Below are positions 27,371 to 36,935 of a DNA stretch of 64,000 bases, one piece after another (position 1 is the stretch's first letter; each line of letters opens with the position of its first letter). This DNA comes from a virus (lineage: Duplodnaviria > Caudoviricetes). The notes beneath the pieces are model-generated. The model made no database searches, was not told the origin of the DNA, and worked only from the letters and a program-made list of their open reading frames with translations. The position numbers and the translations under genes are program-made. Location of the stretch: the IMG/VR virus record IMGVR_UViG_3300035101_000015, positions 1-64,000 of that record. The stretch is one strand, 5' to 3'.

Positions 27371-27939
27371 CAGAACACCTCTACAGTTGTACCAGGGTAT
27401 TCATAGACGGGCATCTCCAATTTGTAGGCGCGTCGAGTGTCCACCAGCGCAGCGTCCCTTCCAAAGCCAGCGGCCAGGAGGAGCGCGCTGTCGGGAAGCG
27501 CCCTGTCCTTGTAGAGCGGGAGCCCAAACAGACTATCCGTGGACTTCAGCCTCACACCCGTCGTTGTCTTGTACCAATCCCACAAACTGCTGTCGGCCCC
27601 GGTCATGAACGCCAGCGGCTTGAGCTGGGCAATATCCACGAGGTCCAGCAGGCTGCCCAGCACGACTGCTGCGTTGGCCCCCTCGTAGACGGCCACCTCC
27701 TCCACGTGTGAGTTTCGTACGATGGCGTGTGGCTGAAGCTCCCCGAAGTCCACGCCCACGTTGCGGTCGCTGTCGTCCCGCTTGGCGTAGCGCTCCACAG
27801 TCACCCGCCCACGTGCATCGATGCGAATCTCCTGGACGCGTGGCATGCGCAGGAAGGTCCTGATGGTGTGCAAGAAACCATCCGTGCCAGTGTTGGCTGG
27901 CACGTCGATGGTGTCGGTGATTTTCTCGAGCTCGTCCAT
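27370..27939 (-). CDS. Hypothetical protein
   Basis: Start MDELEKI (TGATG coupling). Confidence 0.65.
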   Translation of the reverse strand: MDELEKITDTIDVPANTGTDGFLHTIRTFLRMPRVQEIRIDARGRVTVERYAKRDDSDRNVGVDFGELQPHAIVRNSHVEEVAVYEGANAAVVLGSLLDLVDIAQLKPLAFMTGADSSLWDWYKTTTGVRLKSTDSLFGLPLYKDRALPDSALLLAAGFGRDAALVDTRRAYKLEMPVYEYPGTTVEVF

Positions 27940-28139
27940 CAGAAGAACTTCTCGGCCGCCTTGCGCTCCTTGGCCTGCCTTTCCTTGCGCTCGTGCTCGA
28001 GCAGGTTGTTGAAGAAGCGGGTGACGGTGGCGGACAGGGTGGTGTTGTTCCGCCGGGCCCACTTCTCCATCTGACGCTTCAACCCTGCGTTGATACGCAG
28101 GTAGATGCGCTCATCCTTTGGCTTCTTCGACGTCGCCAT
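27939..28139 (-). CDS. Ribbon-helix-helix DNA-binding protein
   Basis: ERIYLRINAGLKRQMEKWARRNNTTLSATV fits the RHH pattern. Confidence 0.7.
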   Translation of the reverse strand: MATSKKPKDERIYLRINAGLKRQMEKWARRNNTTLSATVTRFFNNLLEHERKERQAKERKAAEKFF

Positions 28140-28392
28140 CGAACTCCACACCTCTGAGACCCACCAGGTATCCAGCCAGGCCCTTGATGGCAGGGAAACG
28201 CTCGGTCAGGAAGCGAATAGCCTCCACGTCCAGCTCGTCAAGAAGGTCGTCGTTGAACTCCCGACCCACGGCCTTCGACTGCATATGCTCACCGAGCTCC
28301 TTCAGCAGCATGGAGTTCATCCCAATCCACGAGGGTAGCCACATGTAGTTGACCTCGAGGACCCCCTTATCGACTCGAACTATCGTTCTCAC
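28111..28392 (-). CDS. Hypothetical protein
   Basis: GTG start overlapping the upstream stop. Confidence 0.55.
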   Translation of the reverse strand: MRTIVRVDKGVLEVNYMWLPSWIGMNSMLLKELGEHMQSKAVGREFNDDLLDELDVEAIRFLTERFPAIKGLAGYLVGLRGVEFDGDVEEAKG

Positions 28393-28661
28393 TGCGCCTC
28401 CTTGGCCAACCACTTCTCCAGCTCACTGGACTCGGGGTGAGCATCCGGGAGCATGGCGGTATCAGGCCGCGCGTTCTTGAGTGGCTTGCCTCGCACCAGC
28501 TTCTGCTCCATCACCGGGCTCTTGGCGTAGAGCTCCTCCGGGTTCAGTGGCCCCTGGATGAGTCGAGCCACCCATGAAGCCGCACGGCGGAAGAACCTGG
28601 CATGAGAGAGCCTGCATGCCAACAGCAGGAGGTAGCTGGCTAGTCTGTGCCTGATGTGCAT
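28389..28661 (-). CDS. Hypothetical protein
   Basis: 90 aa, AAGGA upstream. Confidence 0.45.
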   Translation of the reverse strand: MHIRHRLASYLLLLACRLSHARFFRRAASWVARLIQGPLNPEELYAKSPVMEQKLVRGKPLKNARPDTAMLPDAHPESSELEKWLAKEAQ

Positions 28662-28812
28662 GGTTCGGATTCCTTCCTCTCCGTAGTCACCCGAATGCAG
28701 ACAGGCAACTCCTCATCGGAGGCGAGACGGAGGATGACCTGCTGCGCGGCGAGGATGATGAGAGACCTCACCAAGTCCTTGCAGAGCACAGCGATGTCCT
28801 TGAGGTCCTGCT

Positions 28813-29157
28813 TCACAGGTCGACCTTCACCTTTCCATTGAACGTGAAGAGGATGTCGTCCTCTCGAACCAGAGCCTCGTCTTCGGGCAGGCTGTAGGCG
28901 AGCTGCTTGCCCTGCTTGGTCCCCATCGCCGCCGCAAAGAACACCACGCGGTCCCCAGGCTTCACCTGGGTAGGGATGTAGACCATGTCCTTCTTGCCAC
29001 GGTGCTTGAGGCGCCGTCGGCCTGGACCCACACGGAGTACGGTCGCCTTGCGAAGTGGAGCATGGTCCACATTCGGCATGACGATGGTGTCAGACACCTG
29101 CTCCGGTGGGTCCACCTTCACGAGCACGAAGTCCTGGAATGGACGTATGGAACTCAT
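28813..29157 (-). CDS. groES: Co-chaperonin GroES-like protein
   Basis: IRPFQDFVLVK...IVMP...ATVLRVGPG...VKPGDRVVF...LVREDDIL. Confidence 0.88.
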   Translation of the reverse strand: MSSIRPFQDFVLVKVDPPEQVSDTIVMPNVDHAPLRKATVLRVGPGRRRLKHRGKKDMVYIPTQVKPGDRVVFFAAAMGTKQGKQLAYSLPEDEALVREDDILFTFNGKVKVDL

Positions 29158-29534
29158 ACATCCACACCCGAATCGCTCTTGGTCACGGACTGCTGTTGCG
29201 CCGTCTGCTCGCTGACGACGTCGACCGCATCGGTGGACGGCAGGTCCGAGTCGTCACCGAAGACAGACTTCAGGATGACGTTGACCTGATTAGCGTAGCT
29301 GTCCTTGACGGTACGCACCGACGCAGCGAACTGCTCCGACTGCGGTGGCTGATACAAGGTGTCTCCAATCTTGTACCAAAACTCACGGATGAGCTTTCCC
29401 GTCTCATCCGCATAGCGTACCGCCACCAGCTCCACTGGTACGGCGTTGTAGACCTTGCCGGGTTCGCCACGACCCTCTTCACGCGTCTGGTCCTGAGGGG
29501 TAACAACTCCTTGCCTTCCAAAGTTCATCGTCAT
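29154..29534 (-). CDS. Hypothetical protein
   Basis: 126 aa, ATGA couplings. Confidence 0.6.
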   Translation of the reverse strand: MTMNFGRQGVVTPQDQTREEGRGEPGKVYNAVPVELVAVRYADETGKLIREFWYKIGDTLYQPPQSEQFAASVRTVKDSYANQVNVILKSVFGDDSDLPSTDAVDVVSEQTAQQQSVTKSDSGVDV

Positions 29535-30316
29535 GACGACATCTTCTCCTTCATGTACCTCTCGTACCGCTCATTCAGAGCGTTCCATCCAATCCACTTG
29601 CCTTGGTTCCACGCTCGCGGCAGGAAGAACCTCTCCGCTTGGTGGTTCAGTAGGTCATTGATATCCACCGACGCCCAACGGCATGACGCCAACGCCTCAG
29701 CCAGCTTGTCCCCCACTCCCCTCAGTTCGTCCGGGGTGGCGTCCTCAGAGATGTCGGGGAGCTCCACTCCCTCCAGCCGAATGGGGAGCCACGTCCTTGA
29801 CTTGTTGTTGTCTCCACGAATGCGCCAGCCAATCTTCGGCCCGTACGCCAACGACTTCCAGGTACCAGTGATGGGGTCCTCGATGCTGCCCTGTCGCATG
29901 CGTAAGTACACACGCTCACCGAAGGCTGCCGCAAGGGTGTCGTACGCGGCACGGAGAGTGGGCTGCCCTACTGCATCCTCATCACCACGCACTGGCTGCC
30001 CAGGCTGGACATTCATCCGTCGGATGGCCTTCACTGGGTCATCACGTAGGAGCACACGCGTCTCCTCCCCTAACTGAATCGGATGCAGTCCCTCACGGTC
30101 GGTGCGGTGCATCACCACCATCGCCTCTGGGTACTTCCGCAACTGCCGAGACACCATCACCATCATCTTGTGGAATGGCATCTGGATGAAGCCCTCAGAC
30201 TCCACCGAATACCCCGTCGCGTCCTGCGCTTCGAGCGTGCCAGAGTACAGGTGCTCGTCGTTCACGAGCTCCGGGTTCCGCTTGTGCTGAAGGAGGATGG
30301 TTCGTACTTCAGGCAC
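29531..30316 (-). CDS. Hypothetical protein
   Basis: GTG start behind AGGAGG; about 261 aa. Confidence 0.6.
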   Translation of the reverse strand: MPEVRTILLQHKRNPELVNDEHLYSGTLEAQDATGYSVESEGFIQMPFHKMMVMVSRQLRKYPEAMVVMHRTDREGLHPIQLGEETRVLLRDDPVKAIRRMNVQPGQPVRGDEDAVGQPTLRAAYDTLAAAFGERVYLRMRQGSIEDPITGTWKSLAYGPKIGWRIRGDNNKSRTWLPIRLEGVELPDISEDATPDELRGVGDKLAEALASCRWASVDINDLLNHQAERFFLPRAWNQGKWIGWNALNERYERYMKEKMSS

Positions 30317-30806
30317 TCTTCCCTCCTGTGAGCTGCTGAGCGGCGATGTCCACTTCAGTGTCCTCGGTGTAGTTGGGAGGCTCCTGCACTCGGTAGACGC
30401 ATGCTCCATGCACACTCGCACCAAGATGCAGAACGATGCCGCTCTCCAGTTGGAGTCGGTCGATGACGCATCGATTGGTACCTTTGATGTGCCTGGTCTT
30501 CACGTTCGTCACGCGCTCCTGCACCAACAGCGAGCTCACTCGAGAGGCGCTACACTCCGCCTCACCTGGTAGACCTCCACCAGAGAAAGCAATGAACGCT
30601 TCCTGAGGAGTGAGGTCCACGCACTTGTAGTTCTCGTCGAAGGAGCGGGTACTGATAGCGCACCGCTCACCGCACACCGGGCAGGGATACTTGTCCGGGT
30701 ACCACTGGGAGCTGGGACCCACCAGGTGGTCCACCTCCTCGACGTCAGGTCCGTGGATGCGAGCGACGAACCTGCACGTCGTCAGCGTGCAGTAGATGAA
30801 AATCAC
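30309..30806 (-). CDS. Cys-rich hypothetical protein
   Basis: CxxxxC, CPVC. Confidence 0.6.
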   Translation of the reverse strand: MIFIYCTLTTCRFVARIHGPDVEEVDHLVGPSSQWYPDKYPCPVCGERCAISTRSFDENYKCVDLTPQEAFIAFSGGGLPGEAECSASRVSSLLVQERVTNVKTRHIKGTNRCVIDRLQLESGIVLHLGASVHGACVYRVQEPPNYTEDTEVDIAAQQLTGGKSA

Positions 30807-31528
30807 ATGGACCCCACGCCGTCTTCGTCGATGTCGTCCCCACTACCCACCACCTCACCTGGGTCGACATCAGAGCTACTCACGATGGGGTAGCCGAAGT
30901 CATCAGACTGTACGGTACGGGCCCGCCGAGCAACGCCGGGCATGATGGGAGAGCCATCGGTCCACGTGATTTGGCCCACCGGTGGTTGCGCCGGCTGGGG
31001 CGGGGGCTGCACCGGGGCTTGCGGTGGTGGTTGAGGAGGTGGGGTCTGCTGCACCGGAGGAGGAGCCTGCTGAGGAAGCTCGTACCCGAGAGAAGCCCAG
31101 TCCTCAGCACTGAATGTCTCGACGATGTCGCCCATGAGCTGCTGCAGCGCCGAGGCGGGAATCTCTGGGGGCACCTCCAAGGCAGCCATCGCCGACTTCA
31201 TCATCGGTGACACCACCTCATCCGGTAGCTGCTGCCACGACACTACTACCTCATCGGGTTGAGGCTGGTCAGTGAAGAGAGTCTCCTCGCGCTGTGGCTC
31301 TTGCCCTGCAGGAGTAGGGGTCACACCAGGAGGCGGAGCCTCTTCCTGAGGAGGCGGGGAAGGTGCTACTCCATCCAGCCCCGCGTTGATGAGGGTTTTG
31401 ACCTCATCGATGCTCTCTACCTCCGCCCGTACCTCCTTACCCCCTAGCTCGAAGACCGCGTAGCTGCGGATGGTCTTGGTGCGGAAGTCGAAACGCTGGT
31501 CTACTGCGATGATGTTCGCTTGAATCAT
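30803..31528 (-). CDS. Pro-rich hypothetical protein
   Basis: 241 aa with PPPQ linkers. Confidence 0.6.
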   Translation of the reverse strand: MIQANIIAVDQRFDFRTKTIRSYAVFELGGKEVRAEVESIDEVKTLINAGLDGVAPSPPPQEEAPPPGVTPTPAGQEPQREETLFTDQPQPDEVVVSWQQLPDEVVSPMMKSAMAALEVPPEIPASALQQLMGDIVETFSAEDWASLGYELPQQAPPPVQQTPPPQPPPQAPVQPPPQPAQPPVGQITWTDGSPIMPGVARRARTVQSDDFGYPIVSSSDVDPGEVVGSGDDIDEDGVGSM

Positions 31529-31905
31529 GGCTTCTCTCCAAACGGCGACTTGTCTGGGCTCACTGCTACAGGGCCATGCTTGTGCGGGTCGAATTGGTTG
31601 CTGCGCTTCTGGTCAGCCTCAGCACTACGCTTCTTCTTCTCAGCACGGGCAAGCATGCTCACAGCAATGACGACGTTGCGACCCAACCGGTCTGCGTTGT
31701 TCAGCAGAGCGCAGTGTGCCTGCTGCTTCCCAAGCTCGCTGTTGTCAGACTGCTTGGGGAAGGTGATGAATGCCATGCACTCAGCACCACAGACGCGCTC
31801 ATCGTTGAGGAAGCAGTACAACCCGGTGGTATCCGGGCGCATCTCTTCTTCAGCTACTAGCCCATCCTCTTCCGTGCCTTCAGGGGCTTGACCGTCAGCT
31901 ACCAC
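31525..31905 (-). CDS. Cys-containing hypothetical protein
   Basis: CFL...CGAECMAF...CAL. Confidence 0.6.
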   Translation of the reverse strand: MVADGQAPEGTEEDGLVAEEEMRPDTTGLYCFLNDERVCGAECMAFITFPKQSDNSELGKQQAHCALLNNADRLGRNVVIAVSMLARAEKKKRSAEADQKRSNQFDPHKHGPVAVSPDKSPFGEKP

Positions 31906-32293
31906 CGAGTCTCTCCTGTTCCATCTTGTTTCTGGTCTCGAGGATGGACTTGAACGTAGCCAAGGCCATTGACGCGACGTAGCGAGAGAGCTGCTTGGTG
32001 TTGAGCTCTACACCACGCTTCGTCTGCTTCATGTCGAGGAAGCCCCACTTCATCAGGAACTCCCCGTACAACTTCGAGGCAGCAGCGAAGACCTTGCGCA
32101 GGTCGTTCAACATGAACTGGACCGCCTCATCACCGTCTGCGAAGTCATGCTGGAATGCGTAGCCCACCATCTGCTCTCGGCTACCCATCCACTTGCAGAC
32201 CTGGCAGGTGGCCATGCCACCTACCAGGCCCGAGTACTCGATGCTCGCGGACCCACATTCGGGACAGAAGTAGGCTACGTCCTTCGTTGCCAC
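31895..32293 (-). CDS. Zn-ribbon protein
   Basis: CPEC...CQVC. Confidence 0.65.
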   Translation of the reverse strand: MATKDVAYFCPECGSASIEYSGLVGGMATCQVCKWMGSREQMVGYAFQHDFADGDEAVQFMLNDLRKVFAAASKLYGEFLMKWGFLDMKQTKRGVELNTKQLSRYVASMALATFKSILETRNKMEQERLGGS

Positions 32294-32718
32294 TGCTTCA
32301 CCACCTCGTTGTGCCTCTCTGCCTGTTCCCTGCTAGCCATGCGTGCGAGCACGCGTTCTTTCATACGACTGCGCTTCGGACCGATGAGTGGGGTGACCTT
32401 GAGCGGGCCCTCCGCAATCCACGAGCGAAGTGCGTCGTAGGCTTGTTCTGCCTGAGCCTTCTTCCGACCCTCGAGAGACGGGAAGGCAATCTTCATGTAG
32501 TCCTCGAAGGCTTCGATGCCTGACTCCTGCTTCTCGGAGTTGCTGACGAGGATGATTTGAGCAAGCGCTCTGAACCTGGCGTGCTCGATGTCCTCCAGAC
32601 GGTCGAGCAGCAGGATGAGCAGCCACTCCTGCAGAGACCCCGGTCGGGGCGGCGCTTGCAGGGTCCGCAGCAACAGATTCGCGCGGGCCCAGCCTGCAGG
32701 AGTGTTCAGCCATTTTTT
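32275..32718 (-). CDS. -1 frameshift extension of tail assembly chaperone (gpT-like)
   Basis: No convincing start of its own; entered in the -1 frame at A AAA AAT (32718-32712). Confidence 0.65.
   Translation of the reverse strand, partial: KKWLNTPAGWARANLLLRTLQAPPRPGSLQEWLLILLLDRLEDIEHARFRALAQIILVSNSEKQESGIEAFEDYMKIAFPSLEGRKKAQAEQAYDALRSWIAEGPLKVTPLIGPKRSRMKERVLARMASREQAERHNEVVKQWQRRT
32624..32718 (-). promoter_or_regulatory. Programmed -1 ribosomal frameshift signal (slippery heptamer plus stem)
   Basis: A AAA AAT, 7-nt spacer, perfect 11-bp CACTCCTGCAG/CTGCAGGAGTG stem. Confidence 0.75.
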
Positions 32719-33992
32719 GCTCTCTCCGCGACGAGCAGCTTCCGCACACGCATCTCGAACCACGTGTGGTTGGCACCGATACTGGCGAGCACATGGATGC
32801 CACGCTTCAGCACCCAGCCGAACTTCAACCAGAACTGGTCGTCGTCGAAGTCCCCCTTCTCGTTGTGGATGGCATGGGGAACTGGGTTGTTGTTGATGGC
32901 AATGAGCCCCGCTGCCAGCGTCATGATGGCGAACTTGTCCAGGAGGTAGCGCTCGGTCACCTCGACGCTCTTGCTCTCCTCCATGAGCAGGCGCTTCAGT
33001 GCCAGGTCGTCATCCCCAGTCATGCTCTCGAACCGAATCTCGAACTTCCCTGGAATGACAGGCACCGTCTGACGCACGCGGTCGTGGATGATGAGGTCGG
33101 TGACATCGAGTGGGTCGAGTCTCTCCTCGATGATTTCACGCTGCTCCGGGTTGTTCAGCATGTCCTGGTTCATCTGCCGGCGCAGCGCGTCGTAGTCGAA
33201 GTCGTCGAGCTTGCTGATAGCCTCCTGGACTTCCTTCTGCTCTGCATCGGTGAGCTTCTTGCGGGGCTTGCCTGCATTCTGAGAAGCGCCTGCTGCAGAG
33301 TCCTGCACCTGCTGCTCCGCCTCCTCATCCGAGAGGGGCATCTCCTTCGGAGGGGGAGGAGAAGCCCCTGCAGCAGCCTGAAGGTCACGGATGGTGTCCT
33401 TCATGCTTCTTCGACCGGGCCCGCCGCCTCCGACGTTGGCCTGCAGGGCCTGAGGAGGAACGTGCATGCCGTTGCGAACCACCCCGTACTTCATCGCCAT
33501 GTCCGGTTGGTTGACGGCGAAGCGGTCACCCTGGCCACGACGGAAGGCTGGGTCCTGCGTAGCCTCGTCTGGCAGCATGTCCGTGGTCATTATGCCGAGC
33601 TGCGCAGGGGTCGGTGGTCGCTGCTGGGCGTTCGGGTCCATGGAGCCTAGGCTGAACGAGGTGGACCCTTCCACGATGGAGTCCTGCGCACCCGCCGCCA
33701 TGGCTGCCCGCTGCTCCGGTGACGGACCGTACATGGCAGCCTGCTGCTCCATGGTCATTCCCTCGTGCGCCTCGGCCTCGAGGGGAGGCATGGCAGGGGA
33801 TGGCCCTGGGCGCTCCGCCGTGTACTTCTGCAGGGGTACCTTCTTCTGCAATCGAGCTCGGGCACCCAGTGCATACGCCATCGCTTCGGGTGAGCCTGCT
33901 ATCGCAGGGTGAACGACAGGCTGTTGTGGTGTGGCCCCCTGCTGCACGTGGGCAGCGCTAGGGCTGAATGGGGTAGTCGGTTTTTCAGGCAT
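32706..33992 (-). CDS. Tail assembly chaperone (gpG-like) with long disordered N-terminus
   Basis: Start MPEKP behind GGAGG; folded C-terminal ~150 aa ends at the slippery site; lies between tube and tape measure genes. Confidence 0.6.
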   Translation of the reverse strand: MPEKPTTPFSPSAAHVQQGATPQQPVVHPAIAGSPEAMAYALGARARLQKKVPLQKYTAERPGPSPAMPPLEAEAHEGMTMEQQAAMYGPSPEQRAAMAAGAQDSIVEGSTSFSLGSMDPNAQQRPPTPAQLGIMTTDMLPDEATQDPAFRRGQGDRFAVNQPDMAMKYGVVRNGMHVPPQALQANVGGGGPGRRSMKDTIRDLQAAAGASPPPPKEMPLSDEEAEQQVQDSAAGASQNAGKPRKKLTDAEQKEVQEAISKLDDFDYDALRRQMNQDMLNNPEQREIIEERLDPLDVTDLIIHDRVRQTVPVIPGKFEIRFESMTGDDDLALKRLLMEESKSVEVTERYLLDKFAIMTLAAGLIAINNNPVPHAIHNEKGDFDDDQFWLKFGWVLKRGIHVLASIGANHTWFEMRVRKLLVAERAKNG

Positions 33993-34023
33993 GGGCCTCC
34001 AGCCGGTGTACAGTGTACACCGC

Positions 34024-34054
34024 ATTGGTAGCTAGAAACAATAGGCCCTGTCAA
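34024..34054 (-). promoter_or_regulatory. Possible sigma70-type promoter
   Basis: TTGACA-N18-TACCAA in an AT-richer gap upstream of the chaperone gene. Confidence 0.4.
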
Positions 34055-34402
34055 CCCAGACGTGAGCTCACGTCTTGGGCCGGGGCTGCAATGAGTGAAT
34101 GAGCTCGAAGAAATCCCTTCGAGAAAGTTGTCCTTCGGCCGACAAAAGCTCAGCCAAAACGAGGTCTTTCACCGCAGGCACCGGGTCGTAGACGGGCGCA
34201 GTCTTTCCACTGAGGATGGTGTAGCGAATGCCAACCACCTGCTGAAGTGTACCACCCTGCAGTAGTTTGAAGGCTGGGGCGCGGCTCCACACCAGCTTCT
34301 CTATGCTCCACATCAGCCAGATGGCCTTCGGGTGAGAATGCTGCTCGAGCTCCCACTTCCCGTAGCAAGTAGCGACTACCTCGTCGCAGTTGTACAGACG
34401 GA

Positions 34403-34669
34403 CTACTCCGTCGGTACCTGCCAGAAGCCTTTGGGGGATTGCGCTTCCTGCGGTGCCGGGGCCTTGGTGACTATCAAGCTGTGCCTCTTGCACTTCAAGC
34501 ATTGTCCTACTTGTCCGTTGCTGGGGTCTCTGTAGACGGAGTCTCCAGGCTTGAGCCTGGCGCCGGCGATGAGGTCGAGCTTGGCTTTCCATCCACATCC
34601 GGGATGGCTGCAGGCGACCTCGTACTCGGCTTCTCCGATGACCTTGTACTTGCTGACGTGGTAGGGCAC
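34403..34669 (-). CDS. Small Zn-binding protein
   Basis: CSHPGC...CLKC. Confidence 0.55.
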   Translation of the reverse strand: MPYHVSKYKVIGEAEYEVACSHPGCGWKAKLDLIAGARLKPGDSVYRDPSNGQVGQCLKCKRHSLIVTKAPAPQEAQSPKGFWQVPTE

Positions 34670-34962
34670 TCTGGATTCTCCCGGTTCTTCATCATCTCCA
34701 TGATGAGCTCGATGGTGCGCTTCTGATGAACCTGTCCATCCCCAGCATCCTCTGTGGCAGGAACGAAGCTGAGCTGGTGCTTAACGATAGCGAGTCGGAT
34801 GAGCTCCTTCAGCGTGACCAGTAGCTGGTTCAGCTCATTGTGGGCTTGCTGGAAGGTGCGCTCGGCAATGGTGTAGCAGTCACCGCAGACGAAGCACTCG
34901 GCGAAGAGCTTACCCTCATCCTGAGGGACATCCTTCCCACAGTTCAGGCAGGGCAGGCCCAT
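34507..34962 (-). CDS. Zn-finger/coiled-coil protein
   Basis: CLNC...CGDC then a helix; tail overlaps the next ORF. Confidence 0.55.
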   Translation of the reverse strand: MGLPCLNCGKDVPQDEGKLFAECFVCGDCYTIAERTFQQAHNELNQLLVTLKELIRLAIVKHQLSFVPATEDAGDGQVHQKRTIELIMEMMKNRENPECPTTSASTRSSEKPSTRSPAAIPDVDGKPSSTSSPAPGSSLETPSTETPATDK

Positions 34963-35261
34963 AGAATCTCTCCGTCCCAACCCGGCTCGTCGGTCTTCAC
35001 CTCGATGGTCTTGATGATGCGGAAGGGCAGGCTCAGCACCGCCATGCTCGCATTCATCATCATGAGCGAGGGCATGTCCTCCTTGATGCGCCCGCTCTCA
35101 GGCAGCACGCGCTTGAGCTCGTCCACCACCATGTCTGGGAAGACGTACTCCGCACCCATCTTCGTCTCCACGTGGACGGTACCGCGCTTGCCTTGCAGAC
35201 CAATGGCGACCCCGTCAGGGTCGACCCTAGGTGAAGTAGTCGTCGAGGGGGGTCCAGCCAT
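34944..35261 (-). CDS. Hypothetical protein
   Basis: 105 aa. Confidence 0.5.
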   Translation of the reverse strand: MAGPPSTTTSPRVDPDGVAIGLQGKRGTVHVETKMGAEYVFPDMVVDELKRVLPESGRIKEDMPSLMMMNASMAVLSLPFRIIKTIEVKTDEPGWDGEILWACPA

Positions 35262-35625
35262 ACATCGCTCCCGGGTCCGAGGTCACCATCTCACTGGTGG
35301 GGTTCGTAGCATTCTGGCGAAGTACATCTCTCACGTCCGCCTCCGCTACTTTACGACCGATGAGCTCGATGTAAACCCTCATCTTCGGGGGCCACTCCTC
35401 CGGGAACCTGGTTCCGGCAGGAAGTGGTTCATCTAGCTCCTGCCATTGAACCCAAACGGCATCACGCTCGACACCGTTGTTCTTTTCGATGCTACGAAGA
35501 AAGGCGTCGAGGCGGACGGCCAGGTCGTGGTCGACCTGCCCGGCGTCGTTCTTCGTTCCCTCGCGCGCCAGCGCGATGAGAGCCTCGTATTCCTCCTGGG
35601 TGAGCGTGAACTGGAGCTGGGCCAT
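35227..35625 (-). CDS. Hypothetical protein
   Basis: 132 aa; TGgTAGCAT 6 nt upstream of ATG. Confidence 0.65.
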   Translation of the reverse strand: MAQLQFTLTQEEYEALIALAREGTKNDAGQVDHDLAVRLDAFLRSIEKNNGVERDAVWVQWQELDEPLPAGTRFPEEWPPKMRVYIELIGRKVAEADVRDVLRQNATNPTSEMVTSDPGAMYGWTPLDDYFT

Positions 35626-35644
35626 GCCCAGATGCTACCACGTT

Positions 35645-36388
35645 CTACCGCTCAGGTACGCACTGCGGGCGACCCTCCAGGATAGGCAGCATGAGGTAGC
35701 TGATGCGGTCCACCAGCTCCTCCAGGCCACCATCGTTGTGCAGGATGTAGTCGAACTGGTCATCCTCAAGCAGTAGCTGCTCAGTCTCACTGGGGTGGTT
35801 CCATTGTGGATTCTCGTACCCCGGGCGCTTGATGCGAACTACCTTCCCTCCAGCGGCCTTGATAGCCGTCCACTCGTTGATGAAGCGGACATCCGGGATG
35901 ACCACACCATTCACCCTCTTCGCTCCTGTAGAGACGACCGGAGGATGGAGACCTCGCACAGGGGAGTAGCTTCCAGCACTGAGGCTCAACACCAGCTTGG
36001 ACATACGGATGGTGTAGGCCGACCAAGCTGAGTCGTAGCAGCCTCGTCCCCACTCTGTCCCCAACGTCTGCATGGCATATCGTGGAGTGAGGAAGCACTG
36101 CTCTGCCTCACTGAGAGGTGTAGCAGGTCCTGGCTTGAACCCGCAGCAGACGCACTTCGCTCCATCGAACTCCTGACCGAAACCCCATGTGTGTCCACGC
36201 GGGTATCGCTTGTCGGGTACCTCCTTCAGGTTTCCCCAGAGCTGTTCGGTGGTGAAGTCGAAGACGTCCATGCAGATGCGCTTGATGGGGTCTCCAAATG
36301 CCACCTCGGTGAACTCGTGCCTCTCCGATAGCACTTTGGCTGCAGAGCTCTTGCCACTCTTCGCCAGCCCACAGATGCCGAGAATCAT
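35645..36388 (-). CDS. Deoxynucleoside monophosphate kinase (T4 gp1-like)
   Basis: GICGLAKSGKSS P-loop, AFGDPIK, TPRYAMQTLGTEWGR, IPDVRFINE, HPSE. Confidence 0.88.
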   Translation of the reverse strand: MILGICGLAKSGKSSAAKVLSERHEFTEVAFGDPIKRICMDVFDFTTEQLWGNLKEVPDKRYPRGHTWGFGQEFDGAKCVCCGFKPGPATPLSEAEQCFLTPRYAMQTLGTEWGRGCYDSAWSAYTIRMSKLVLSLSAGSYSPVRGLHPPVVSTGAKRVNGVVIPDVRFINEWTAIKAAGGKVVRIKRPGYENPQWNHPSETEQLLLEDDQFDYILHNDGGLEELVDRISYLMLPILEGRPQCVPER

Positions 36389-36777
36389 CGAACTCCTTCC
36401 CACTCTGGATGCTTGCACTCCATGTGCGATGCGAGCTGCTTGAAGTAGCGCTTGCAACACGGGCAGACCCCAGCCTTCACCCGCTTGGACTGAGCCTTCA
36501 GCTTCCCCTTGGCGATGGCTTCAGCGTGGCGAGCCTTCCGCTCTCCCTCTTCTGCCCACTCCTTCTTCTTGAGGGCTTGGTCCCGCTCTCGGGTTAGGCG
36601 GTCTACCGCGCTCTCACCGATGCTGAGCCGGTGTCCTCTCGGACAGAAGAACGTGGTGCCATGTTCACAGCACGCTTGGTAGAACGCCTGTGGCACAGCG
36701 AACTGAATCCCGCAGCCATCCTTCGCCCAGCAGGTGAGCGTGGTAAGCGGCTGTGTTAGATGAACAACTTGTCCCAT
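36385..36777 (-). CDS. Zn-finger coiled-coil protein
   Basis: C....C, CPRGH, CPCCKRYFKQLASHMECKH. Confidence 0.65.
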   Translation of the reverse strand: MGQVVHLTQPLTTLTCWAKDGCGIQFAVPQAFYQACCEHGTTFFCPRGHRLSIGESAVDRLTRERDQALKKKEWAEEGERKARHAEAIAKGKLKAQSKRVKAGVCPCCKRYFKQLASHMECKHPEWEGVR

Positions 36778-36935
36778 CACTTCAACTCCTGATAGATGAG
36801 CCACCCGATGGTGGCAACGACCGTAGCTCCAGACAGGTAGAACAGGCCCAGCATCACATTGGCGAAGGCGCTGGTGCGTGCACGCCACGCCTCCGCTCGT
36901 TCCCTCATCGCACGGGCCTTGTCTACCTCACTCAC
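36777..36935 (-). CDS. Small single-TM membrane protein (not in the ORF track)
   Basis: GTG start, 52 aa MSEVDK...VMLGLFYLSGATVVATIGWLIYQELK; fills the gap with coupled ends. Confidence 0.55.
   Translation of the reverse strand: MSEVDKARAMRERAEAWRARTSAFANVMLGLFYLSGATVVATIGWLIYQELK

Noticed and set aside
34068-34440. Possible second frameshift joining ORF 34403-34669 to the frame ending at 34068 at TCC CCC AAA
   Set aside because: Not an X XXY YYZ heptamer in the correct frame and no clear stem; the start of the downstream ORF remains unresolved.
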